64,000 nucleotides of DNA, from NCBI GenBank assembly GCA_973895155.1, contig OZ316892.1:25505233-25569232 (forward strand), given 5' to 3'. The position numbers were made by a program, and so were the translations under genes. The notes under the pieces were generated by a model, which was not told the DNA's origin, did no database searches, and was given only the letters and a program-made list of their open reading frames with translations. The DNA comes from Marsupella aquatica. Taxonomy: Eukaryota > Plantae > Marchantiophyta. Of the stretch, positions 52,281 through 64,000 are shown in pieces. Each line of letters opens with the position of its first letter. Position 1 is the stretch's first letter.

Positions 52281-54017
52281 GCTTCGTGCATCTAAATATA
52301 GATGGAGAAACTTGTTCTGCTCCTCTTGTGTATTAGTTTAGCCCACAGGGAAGGGACGGTGGTTGCGTTTGGTTCCCTGGCCTTGCCGGTGCTCCTCTTT
52401 GAGTTTGCCGCCCCCCCCTTTTTGTGGCAACCACTCCTAGCTTTCTTTATAATTGGTAATCTTTCGAGACTAGGCTAGTAGTCCAAACACTTGACTCGAT
52501 ATGATGTGAGTGCGAAGTACACCACTCCTACATTTTTCTTTCTGGAAGAAGGCAATGAGCCAAATGAATTAAATGGAGGCAAAGACCCAAACGAGGACCC
52601 CAACAATACAGCATGTCCAACCAGACAGAGAAGGACGAAATGGGAAAAGCCAAGTCACACTTGGCGAAGGGAAAGGAAGGGAATTAATTAAAGCTGCTTG
52701 GTGAATCTTGAAACAATATATGTAGGTTACCTTATGTGATCTGGTCTTTCAACTGCAGCACGTATAGCGGATTCTCCAGGATTAGGAAGTTTTATGCTGT
52801 AAGTGTTGTTCTACAGGTGACCGTGACGGCTTCAAATTAACTGCCTAATTGATATAACCCACTCTCTTTGGAGCACTTCCAAAACTTCCCACGTCATGTG
52901 AGAACAAAGTGTGTCAAGGGGTTTTGTCCATTTAAGCAAGTACTTAGAAGTGGTAAGGATAACCCGGGATATCAAAGCTATAGTGCATGGGATATCATTT
53001 ATGCACATCTCCATGTGTTTCACTATCCAATAAGTGCATTGGAAATGACTCCTGCACTTTCTTCTATATATGTGTTGTCAGGACACACTCCAAGTTTGTA
53101 GCGGAGCCAAGAGGTCGAATACAAAACTAAGGTCTTGAAACGAGGTGAGAGAAAAAATAATTACCATGGCTGCTTGGGCGCCGACCTGTGAAGCCAAAGC
53201 AGCTTCCACTCTTTGTTACTCCGATAGCAGAGTTTAACTTTCCCAGAGGGCTGATATTCCATGCACAGTACAAACGGGTGATGAATCATGATTCTTCCAA
53301 CCCGTTCATATAGAACGAAGGAGCTTTGCAAAACAAAAAGCCTTTCTCGCCTACTTGCCATAAGAGTGTCTCCAAAAATAGAGCTCTTGCTTCTGGAACT
53401 CAGTCAGTCGCAACTGCTCTTAGCTAGTGGAAAAGGCTACAAGCATCACAAAAAGAGTTTAGTGACATAGACGTTCAATGATGTGGCAGATGGAAAACCT
53501 TACCCGACGTTGAAAAAGGAATAGAACAACTATGTAGCTGACATACCTGTTCTTGCTGCTTTTCCAGGAGAGCGTTCGAAAAATAGAGTAGCAATGAAGG
53601 AAATCATAAGCCCACGTTGCTTCAATCAAGGCTGCGCCAAAAGTAAACTGCTGCTTCCACAAGAAAGAACGAATTGGTCTGGAAATAGGGTGTGAATATA
53701 TTGTGGGGGGGACGACAACTCTTTGGCATTTTCAGCTGCCTTGCTGAGCTCCTTGCCCGATGTCTTGTTCCACTCCTGCAAAGTGCAAAAGTCATGTAAA
53801 TGCTGGAGGTTAAAGGAAGGCACGTAATCTGCACTCTCGGCTCAAAACGAACGCCACAAATATGACAGTAATGAGATGAAACTTTCTGTTTACGAAATGT
53901 ATTCAAGAATTGAGTTTGCCTGGCTGTTGACTCCTATGACACACGTTAGTTGTATAAACTCCGTTCATACCTTCAACGGGAAAGGCAGCTCGAACTGACT
54001 GTAACGGAGAGTCCTAC

Positions 54018-57000
54018 CTATTTGACTTTGTAACCCAAGTATTCCACCGAGCTCTTTCCCAAACAAGGACCTCTTCCATCGGTAACTCTCAACTCCAGGA
54101 GGTTTGATTCGCAGTGCCCATTCTGCATCTGCTCTGGCTCCATCCTCATCCTTCAATAAGAACTTCACGAGGCCCCTGTGTTTAAGCATTTCATAGTCAT
54201 CTGATTCTAGCTCCAGCCCTTCATTCAAATCTACCAACGCCCCGTTTAAGTCGCCCATCATCCTTTTCAGAACTCCCCTTTCCTGCAAGCCAGGCGATCT
54301 GTCGCCTGCTAATTCAATGAACCCATTGGCATCCCTGAGGGCCCATTCAAAATCGCCCAGCATTGCTTTCACGAAGCATCTTGCGCTGCCATCAAATAGA
54401 AGAATTTGAGTGTCTTAAAAGCGAAGACGGATCTCAAAGCCCTGGAGCTCCTTGACTCTCATTCTCCAAATTGAAGATATTAAAACTCACACCTGAAGAT
54501 TAAAATCTCACAACAAATCTTAACAATTTGTGGGAATATGGATCCTCAAAGTTATCGTGGCTCGCTCGCTCGCTCACTCTCATTCTCTGAATTAAAGATA
54601 TTGTAAGTTCCACCTAAAAAATTGAAATCTCCCCCCGAATCTTAGCAATTTGTGGGAAAACGTCATGATCGAATTAGATGTTTGAATCTGCATGTCCATT
54701 AGACCTCCAATCGAAATTTAGTATCAAGCTGAGAAATTGTACCTTACAAGCCTACCAACCATTTCAATGGCCAGAGCATTGTCATAGGCTTCGAGTGCTC
54801 CCTTGTAGTCTCCCATACTTACTAGTGCATCGCCTTTGCCTTCATAAGCAGCACTTGACAGGTACAGTCTCTTCTCCTCATTTTCATTAGTAGCCAATTG
54901 ATAAACTTGTGCACTCCAATATTGTAAGTGCCAATCCTGCCGCTTATCGCTACACGTAAGAATTGTCAAGCTTTCCAAAGCAGGTGGGGCATCCAAAAGG
55001 GCCCTTCTAAGGTAACTCTTATTTTCACCTACGGCACAACAAATGAACCATCATGCCAAGGTTCCATTCTTTCGTAAAGGAGGGATCACTCTGTCTCCAA
55101 GGAGTCCAACAAGCCTGTCCACTGCACCCGGATAAGATTCAATCTTGGTTGCATTTACCACCACATCGTAGGAAAGACATCCTAATGCCCAAGTTGCTTT
55201 CTCTTGTACGTCTGGGCTCACTCCCTCTTCTATGAGTCCAACAAACCTGTCCATTGCACCTGGGTAAGATCCAATCTTGATTGCATTCTCCACCACGGCT
55301 TCGGAAAGACATCCCAATGCGTGTTGCATTAAGTTGTACACCTGGGGTTACTCCCTGTCCTAAGAGTCCAACAAGCCTCCCCATTGTACCCGGGTAACAT
55401 CCAATCTTGGTTGCATTCTCTGAATCTGTGGAAAGACCTCCTAAAGCAAGAGCTTCCATCGCTTGTACATCTGGGCTCACTCCCTCTTCTAGGAGTCCAA
55501 CAAGCCTGTCTAGTGCACCTGGGTAACATTCAATCTTGGTTGCATTTACCATCACATCTTTGGAAAGACATCCTAAAGCCCAAGCTGCTTGTTGTTGTAC
55601 ATCTGGGCTCACTCCCTCTTCTAGGAGTCCAACAAGCCTCCCCACTGTACCCGGGTAAGATCCAATCTGGGTTGCATTTACCACCACATCCTTGGAAAGA
55701 CATCCTAATGCCCAAGCTCCTTTCTCTTGTAAATCTGGGCTCACTCCCTCTTCTAAGAGTCCAACCCCACCGCACCCGGGTAAGATACAATCTTGGTTGC
55801 GTTCTCCAAATCCTCGGACAGGTGTCCTATTGTCCAAGCTGCACTTCTTTGTGCATGTGGGCTTAGCCCCTCCCCTAACAATCCGACAAGCTTCTCCACA
55901 GCACGTGGATATGACACAATCTTGGGTGCATTTTTGCCCATTTCTTTTGAGAGATATCCTAATGTCACGGCAGTGTTGGTTTGTATATCTCTGCCAAGAG
56001 TTCAAACAGTCTCTCAACTGCACCTGAATGAGATCCAATCTTGATTGCATCTTCGGCATTGTGAAAAGATAATTGTCGGAAGAGATTAAGAACTTCTCGG
56101 AGTTGAGGGTGAAAGTCGGAATTTGTTGGCCGGAGAACGGCTATCAACGCAGGAAGGATCTGGTTATTGCTCTCCTTGAAGAGAGGCCTTTGGTTTAAAA
56201 TTGTGATCCAATCTTGATTGCATCTTCGGCATTGTGAAAAGATAATTGTCGGAAGAGATTAAGAACTTCTCGGAGTTGAGGGTGAAAGTCGGAATTTGTT
56301 TGCCAGAGAACGGCTATCAACGCAGGAAGGATCTGGTTATTGCTCTCCTTGAAGAGAGGCCTTTGCTTTAAAATTGTGAATTGTAGCAAGGCTTGGCATG
56401 CACCTGCGATTGTTTGTTGCATAGATAGTAGCTCAATAATCTTTTTCTCGTTCACTCTCCCAAAAGTAGATATTCCTCAAGAATCTACACATATGCAATG
56501 GACTAGGCAAGTTAGTACGTATAGTAAAGTACGTCCGTCTTACAGTCAATACGCGTTCTTACCTGAACAACTTATTACCCTCCTATTTTGAGTGTGTGTA
56601 AGTCAAAGTTGAGGCGAAAGATTCACAGCCAATTATGAATGTCATATTTGTCCTCAAATATTTTACGCACTTGCTGCTTTTAATATCCAGACTGGAATCA
56701 TCGATTCATATATTTTAATGATGATACTAGACAGCTGGCCCCTCAACAGTCCAAAATTCTAAAATTCTGATTATCGTAGGGGTTAAGATTTTAAAGGATT
56801 ACCTTTTTGGTCACTTGATGTGATTTCTTTTGCCACTCCTCTTCACCATCTGCATTTAGTAGCCAGACAAATGATCTGATTGAAGACAATTTTGAGATGC
56901 CAAGCTTGTCGGTATCATTCACAAATTGATTTACGGGAATCCCCAGCGTGCTTGCTGCTTTGTTACGCCATGCCTCTTGCCCGTACAGAACCATCAATAT

Positions 57001-58812
57001 AGCAGCAATATTATCGTTTGTAATGTACTCCATCAACTTGGAAAACATCGAGGCAATTTCCTCCTCCTTTATCACACTTATAAAATTCTGTCGCATGGTA
57101 TGCAAGGACCAACTCCTTTGAGGGTTATCACTTCTTAGATCTGTTGGGCTCTCTATCTGGATGAAGTTGATGGTCTCCATGTGCTCACAGCACCTAGAGA
57201 ATTTAGCCAAGCTGGAGTGTATAATCTTGAACAACGTCTTGAAGACTACTTCAGGAACAGGCTCGCTTTCAAACACAGATGCTAAGAGTAAAAGAGTTTG
57301 CTCTTCACTTGAGAAAGAACTCAACGCCATTTCTATTGATGCTCCCATGCTGCGTTTCGAGTAAGTACGACCAAACAGAGTAACAGGTCTTTGGTCATCC
57401 CCATTCTGTAGGTCCGAAAGATATCTAACAGTAGATTCCCATTCCTGTAGTTGTGAAGCTTTTCCAACGCCTATGTTTGTTGCAACATTAGCCAACACCA
57501 AAGGGTTGCAAGCAGATTTGTCAATAATCTGATTGATTTGGTCCTGGCACAGTCAGTGAACATTAATTAGACGTATATGTATAATTGTCATTTGCGACAA
57601 TTTCTAGTCTTAGTTCACAGAACCATTTGCTCTCAAAAAATTCCAATCGTCAGAAATACCAGTGAACACTGTTGTGAACAAAATGCAGGACTAGGTTCAA
57701 ACAACTATTACCTGTATATCCGAGGTCACTTCTTGGGGAAAGCCTTTAACATGGTTTGCAAGAATTTGATTCGCCTGTTGGGAAGTCGGTAGAGAAATCG
57801 GAATTTCAGCACAAATGGCATCAGTCCACAGTCCTGGACGCTGAGTAGTGATTAGGTATTTAATCCCTTGCTGTTGCACCAAAAGCCTGTCTACTATCAT
57901 GGAATCCCACACATCATCGAGTATAATCAGCACCGTTTGATTTGCTAGTCGAGCTGAAAGTTGCTTGTGCATAGCATCCTCAGATTGCAAAGCGAAAGGC
58001 ATCTCAACAGCTGAGCTCGCTTCACCTTGGCCAGCTGACGTAGGAAGAGCTTGGTATCCCAAATCTTGCCACAATTGCAGGAGTAGGCTCTTACAGTCCG
58101 CCTTCATACCGCAACGTAAGAAAAATACACCGTCCACAAACCGTTTGGAAGCAGGGGCGATCTGAGTACCCTGACTTTGCCCTTGGCCGCCTTGAGTTGT
58201 GTCTAGGGGATCTACGCCTTCTTGGTAGAGACAAGCCAAGTGTCTCGCCATGCTGGATTTGCCTTGGCCGGGTCCTCCAGCAACTACCACAATGGGGCCA
58301 GTGTTTTCACGTTCCAGAGCCATTCGAACTGCCGTGATGGATGCCTCAAATGGCACATATTTCCTATCGGGTACGAATGGCAGACGAGCGACTCGACAGA
58401 GAGAGGCCTTTTCAAGTTGCTGTGTTCGTTCTGCTTGCTGAGCAATCGTTCGTGATAGGGACTCAAAGGCTGTAATAACACTATCCAAAGCTCCTGTTAA
58501 TGATTCCGGATACAACAGTCTTCTCCCGACCGTACAGCAAGAATTTTGTTGTCGCTTCTGTAGCTTAAGTTGTTCCTTGTCTAGCAGCTGAATCGCCAAC
58601 TCCAGCACGCGCCCAATATATGGGTCGGTGCTCATTCCATATCTGTTTAGAAGGGATGTCCAACTGTCTGATTGATGCTCTAGAACAGCCAATCGTAATG
58701 GAAATAACTTCATAGCTTCGGATGTTTTGTAAAAATCCAAAGCAGTCTGTTGGGCAAAGGCAGTAGCCTTAGTGATCAAAGTCACCAACGCATTTGCCTC
58801 GGCAACAGCCAT
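54018..58812 (-). pseudogene. NLR-like copy 2: exons 1-2 (58812-57712, 57543-56803) intact; ARM/TPR half disrupted, with a premature stop at 56454-56452
   Basis: A 1-bp deletion turns TTG GGT GAG TTG AAC into TTG GGA GAG TGA at codon 11 of exon 3. Further lesions: a 173-bp internal duplication, deletions and frameshifts in the ARM array (near 55980, 55765, 55330), and a frameshift in the TPR exon near 54070. Confidence 0.85.
56032..56378. repeat. 173-bp near-identical tandem duplication within NLR copy 2 exon 3
   Basis: GATCCAATCTTGATTGCATCTTCGGCATTGTG... at 56032 and 56205. Confidence 0.9.
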
Positions 58813-59940
58813 GATAACTTGCGGAATTATCACCTGGCTACTTGCTTGTTGCTAGCTAATTTGGCACGAGGTAGGACCAGAAGAGGTAGCCACAGGGCCA
58901 TGCCGACCTGAATAGAGGGCACGAACAGCCTGTCACTGGAAGCCATCACACCATCTTTCCAAGGACTAGCCAGTTGATTGAAATTTCAAATTCAGCAGAT
59001 CGACAATACCTATGGAATGCGTTTGCCAACATATACCGACAGCAAAACACGCCAGCACTCAGAACGAACCACGCCCAAGGAGACCATGATTAATCCTCAT
59101 ACTCTGCCTCTGTGTAGTGTTTCTTTCTACATATCTCCACAAGTCTCGTAACACGTACTCAGGTTGCGGCTGGTATAGCCATCTTAGCCTATGTTATGCA
59201 GCAACAGTCATGATCTGGATCTCACTGATTCTCTAGAGTTGGATCAAGATCTTACAGTATCGTTAATTTCTCGCAGCCAGTATATCCAAAGCCTGCTGTA
59301 AACGTCGGTAGCTGTTGACCGTCGAGTTCAGTCCTTCGTCCCGGAAACAATACAAATTGCAGAGTTCCGAGATAAACCTGACCTATAGACGAGCCAATTG
59401 TTATCAAGTCTCAAATTTAGTGAATGGTGAAGAAAACAGGAACGAATGGCAGATTACCCAAACTAAAACGAGTCGCGGCGAAATCAAAGGATGTCTTCCT
59501 GAGGGACACACGCGGCATCTTGCTCCCACTGATAATATGGCATCATATGGGAGCGGTTGGTCTCGAGCATACAGCAGGGGATATACAATCCCTCAAACAC
59601 TAATATCTTTGCATAGAGTTCACACATCCAACGCCAGAAAGCGGAGAGGGCATGGTGCTATTTAGCTAGCTAGCAGAAAAGCAGGTAACGAGAACTAAGG
59701 TACTGCAACTATTGGCTCACCTCACCTGGTTTGCAGAAGAACAACCGTAGCTAGGCGTTGATCATAAAGCAAGGCCCGAATGTGCTCATGAGTCTAAGGC
59801 TCTTATTGGGACCTCCCTTGCAAGAAGGGCCTCCCGTCAATCATTTGTAGCTAACTACGACCAATTTCCAACGCCTTGGCCCCTACGCGCTGAGCTCTGC
59901 ACTGTAAACCTGGCAGCTTGGTCAGAGAGATTTGCACCTA

Positions 59941-60190
59941 CTTCGATCACAATATCATGCACCACATCAAAGACGTCGAAAATTGAAGTGATCGCAGGGC
60001 TTCCTTTCAAATTCCATTGTCTGGAACACAGCTAAGCTATAGTACTTGAGCAGACCTGACAGCTTCGATCACAATATCATGCACCACAATCGAAGACATC
60101 CAAAATTGAAGTGATCGCAGGGCTCCTTTCAAATTCCATGGTCTGGAACACAGCTAAGCTACTCTAGGTGACCAGACCTGACAGCTTTCC
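59941..60190. repeat. 122-bp tandem duplication in the upstream region of NLR copy 2 (single copy upstream of copy 1, about 50986-51110)
   Basis: CTTCGATCACAATATCATGCACCACA at 59941 and 60063. Confidence 0.85.
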
Positions 60191-60733
60191 CAGACAAAGG
60201 ACTTCGTCTATCAGAGTAATATATACCACATCAAATCAGATACCGACAATTGAACTGTCCGTTTCGACGCCTGCATTGGGTCTTTGCCATTGAGATGCTA
60301 TGCACTTCTCAAATTGCGAGACTTTATTTGCGATATCCATCATCCGGGAGCCAACAGTCTACCGATTGGAGAGGGTGTGTATTGTGATTCCCACCAACAC
60401 TGAGTCTGGGTTGTGCACGGAAGGGGACCACAAAGTCGAGTATTCTGGAACTGGGCCTTCGAGTCGATCGCCGTTGGGTCTTTCCGGGAAACGCATTCTG
60501 AAGAGCTCATTTTCAACACCAGAGATTCTTCATCAGTATTTTATGAAGTGGATACGAGAAAACACAGAAAAGGAGGACCTGCGTGGCATTGGGTTGGATT
60601 TTGAAACACGGCATTAGGGTATTTATATATACATGTCACACTGCCAATAAAACAGTGCCAAAACAACAACAGAAACGCCAAACCGGGAGACAACAGAAAC
60701 ACCAAACCGGGAAATATGATTACGATCATGGGG

Positions 60734-61122
60734 ACTGAACATGCGGGAGATGAGGATGGACCTTTGTGTACACTGAACATGTGGGAGATGAGGATGGACC
60801 TTTGTGTAAAGTCTACCATGTCTAAGAGATCTCCATCACTTTACATTAATTAAATATAGCCTAATGATTTAATTTTTAAGTATAATATAAATAACCCAAT
60901 GAGTTAGTTTTTTTGGTGTACTGTATGTAGCCGAATGGTTACTTTTTTTAGTATAGTATATGTAATAGTGTGGTATGCCCAAATGCAAGTCCAATGGTGG
61001 TCGGGATTTTCAGTGAACTGTCTCCTGACACCCACCCTAAATTGTACATCCCTGCCTTAGATTGAATCCCCTATCCCATAAGTGCAATAACCCATAAGTG
61101 CAATAACCCATAAGTGCAATAA
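60734..61122. repeat. Short minisatellites: about 39 bp x2 (60734-60808) and 16 bp x3 CCCATAAGTGCAATAA (61076-61122)
   Basis: Direct observation. Confidence 0.8.
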
Positions 61123-64000
61123 CTACTTTACTAAAAGTTTGTATGCACTTATAGGAAGTAAGCAAAATTTTATGGGATTGTGTGCTCTTATTGATAAGTT
61201 TTCATTTACACTCATCACAGTTCTGCACTTGTAAAGCTTTTGCGAAATGTTTTTAGGACTGTTTGCACTTACAAAGATGCAAAATGTGCAAACTATGTGA
61301 AGAGAAAAGGAAGAACAGATGCCTGGCAGTTAGCCAAGTTTGCACTAGTCTGCACATAGAGATAGATGTCTGTATTTTGTTACATAAACTTTTCTGTAAA
61401 GAAGACTCTGACTACCTAGTAGTGTTGACAGTGTCTAATTATAGTCACATGCTTCTGTAAGATGCCCCCAAATCCCAGCCCTAACCAGCACTTATGCATG
61501 ACATGCACTAAGTAGTCTATACAATGAGTCCAGGAACTTTCTATTATTTATGGACTTTTGGGTATATGTTCAAGTTTAGTTTGATTTGTGATGTACACAT
61601 GATAAATGCAGATTCGGATAGACGTGCAGTTCCAAACAAGTGAAAAGTGCTCCTCTTAAATAAGTGCATATATTTTACATGTGATTCTGCTGTCAGGTCA
61701 CACACTAAAGTCCATGTACCCTAAGCCCTCATGGAGGCTCTTTTGAAATGTATAACTTAAGTTCTTCTAAGTACTGAGCTAGAGTACTCTGTGATTGTAG
61801 GAGGCTCTTATAGATAAGTACGAGCCAATTGTTTTTCTTTGGATTAATTACAGCTGTCCAATGAGCCAATTAAAACAATTTTTTATTGTTTTTCTCTTTG
61901 ATTTTCTTTCCTTGCACCTTTCAACATCCCATACTCCCATATTTCAACATCTCCAGTGGTATGAAATACAACAAAAACACATCACACATGAAAAAGATGT
62001 GGCCTTCTTATTTTGTGAGGTTTCTCTTGTAAGTTGCAATTATTTTTCTTTTGTGGAAGGCCTCCATATGATTCTAATTTTCTTTCCTAAGCTTCCTCAA
62101 TTTTCACCAGAATTAAAGTTCTTTGGCTTTGGATATTCACACCGTATCTCCTAGATAAAGTAATTATTGTCTATGAGTATCATGCACATGGGGAATATGG
62201 ACAATCAGACAGGTGTAAGCAGTTGTCATTGTTTGAAACGCCCTGTCAATTCTACCTCTCGTCAGGACTTTTGCACCAGCTGCTAAGAGCTTAAAGCGAG
62301 GTGCTCCTTAAAGAAGTACTACAGTAGGGGAAAAGTCAAGCAACTCCCGTTGTGGAGGCCCCACACAGCCATTGGCATTTAATGCATGACCCTCAGGCTC
62401 ACTACCGTCCTCTCCTTTTGCCAGGAAAAGATGATTGGCTTGTCTCAGTTCCAATGACTTTTAACTTTCAATTGGTGCCCTCGGAGAACTGTGTCTCCAA
62501 AATGGTATCTTGTTTAGAGCTGCTTTTTCTTTTTGCTGTTTCTTTTGTCAATTATTAATAACTGTCGAGGTGTTGATGTCTGTATAATTAAGTGGCTCTC
62601 CACCAAAGATGTCTAAGTATGATTATAACTATACAATAACTTCACACTCTCGTTCAGGTTGAATCATCCTCACCGGCCAGCTTGTCTCAATCTGGACCAT
62701 CAGTGGCATGATTGAAGCTTGCACTGGGGCTTGTATTTGGTGAACAACTTACTGGGTGCACTTTACTTTGTGAATGCCCTTAGTGATTTTTGTCTTTGCA
62801 AATTTTGGGGCATTCGTGGAGAAGAATGCACTGTCAAGATTTGTACGGGCTCATACTGACAATTATAGCTCAATACCTGTCCATTGCACAGACTATGGTG
62901 TTGTTGCATAAAAGATGTTGATGCATATGAGGTGTCGTTATTTAGAAGAAGTCCATGCGTAAAGGACATCATTTTGCAAAAGATGTCATTGTGAAAAAGA
63001 TACTGTTGACGTAAATGAAAGATGTTGCATAAAGAAAATCATCCTGCAGCCAAGAGATTGTTACGTTTAGGGTTTCATTGCATATAGGACATCATTGCAC
63101 AAAACATCCCGTAGAGTAAAAATGTCATTATGTAAAAACAGTCCATAAAGGGTAGTTTTGGGGTAGTCAAGGGCAGACGCTTGGACGGAGGCTAATAAGA
63201 GGATTTATATGGGCTTCCATAAGAGAAAAGTCCCATTATGGCAGGCATGTTGGCCCACTTAACACCCTTGTAAATTTTTTCATTTTTGGATTGGAGTTGC
63301 AAATGTCACAAACAGGATGCTGTCAGGATTGACATGAGGGGACCATGGCGTGGGAAGTGGGAGGATCAGGAGGAAATCCTATGTGATCCTCCCCCTGCCC
63401 TTCCTCCTCATCCCCTCCCTCTTGTCCAGTTTCTTTTCGGCAACTTTTTGTTTCCCTTCCTTCTTAATTTTCTTTGGCCCTACAAATTTGTAAGAAGACC
63501 ACTGTAAAACAAAGTGGGAGTTTTTAATTAGTACAAATAAATGTTAGACCTTTAAATGTATTCACGTCCTCTTACCAGAGCATTTTTAGCAATAGTAGCC
63601 CCTCAGGACTCAAGCAGAAACTCTTGTTTTGGGGGGCATTACAACTTACAATGCCCTGTAAACAGGACCTTACTATCTACATACTGGACTCTTGTTTTAA
63701 ATTTGGGGTTGACAACAAGGGTGGGATGCAGTCAGTGTTTCCTTTTGTATTTTGGGCAGGTGGCACTGAACGCCTTTGAACACTTAGAAAGACATTGTGT
63801 AATTGACTTGTCCAGTCACATTTTGAAATTAGTTATGACTGTTCACTTGGATAAACATTGTATACTTGACTTGTACCCTCACATTATGACGGCTACATCA
63901 TATGTATAGTCAGTCTGGATTGTTGATTTTAGCAAAAAAAGTTGCTAAAACCTTAAAAAAAAACCTCTTTGCATCTTTTGTGAGCCCCATGACTTTGTTA

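Larger units (their letters stand above)
44540..60570. repeat. Tandem segmental duplication of about 7 kb (about 44540-51560 and 53730-60570) carrying the NLR-like gene with its upstream and downstream flanks
   Basis: Collinear similarity across the 3' flank, all exons and introns, and about 1.6 kb of 5' region. Boundaries are approximate. Confidence 0.9.

Noticed and set aside
52800-53700. ORF fragments in the spacer between the NLR copies as a partner or integrated gene
   Set aside because: Short, with stops in all frames and no identifiable domain; a call cannot be supported.

Overview
Eukaryotic, intron-rich nuclear DNA from a non-flowering land plant, most likely a bryophyte such as a liverwort. 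This is inferred from GT-AG introns, plant telo-box/site II/ABRE elements and a BK/Slo-type K+ channel gene. Genes, left to right: (1) a BK/Slo-like K+ channel running off the left edge; (2) a plastid-targeted LEA-like protein; (3) an unknown two-exon protein carrying a myosin-VIII-tail-like motif; (4) RPB4; (5) cytosolic RPL17/uL22; (6) mitochondrial-type uL23; (7) a hidden inverted RPL17 3' fragment; (8) a tandem pair of non-canonical NLR-like genes with the architecture N-terminal helical domain - NB-ARC - ARM repeats - TPR. Copy 1 of the NLR-like pair is intact (about 1401 aa) and carries eight nearly identical 132-bp ARM repeats arranged as four 264-bp dimers, recalling the high-identity repeat sensors of fungal NLRs. 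Copy 2 keeps intact N-terminal and NB-ARC exons, but its repeat/sensor half is broken. Intergenic DNA contains MITE-like elements and many short tandem duplications. All gene models were spliced by eye and no database searches were run.
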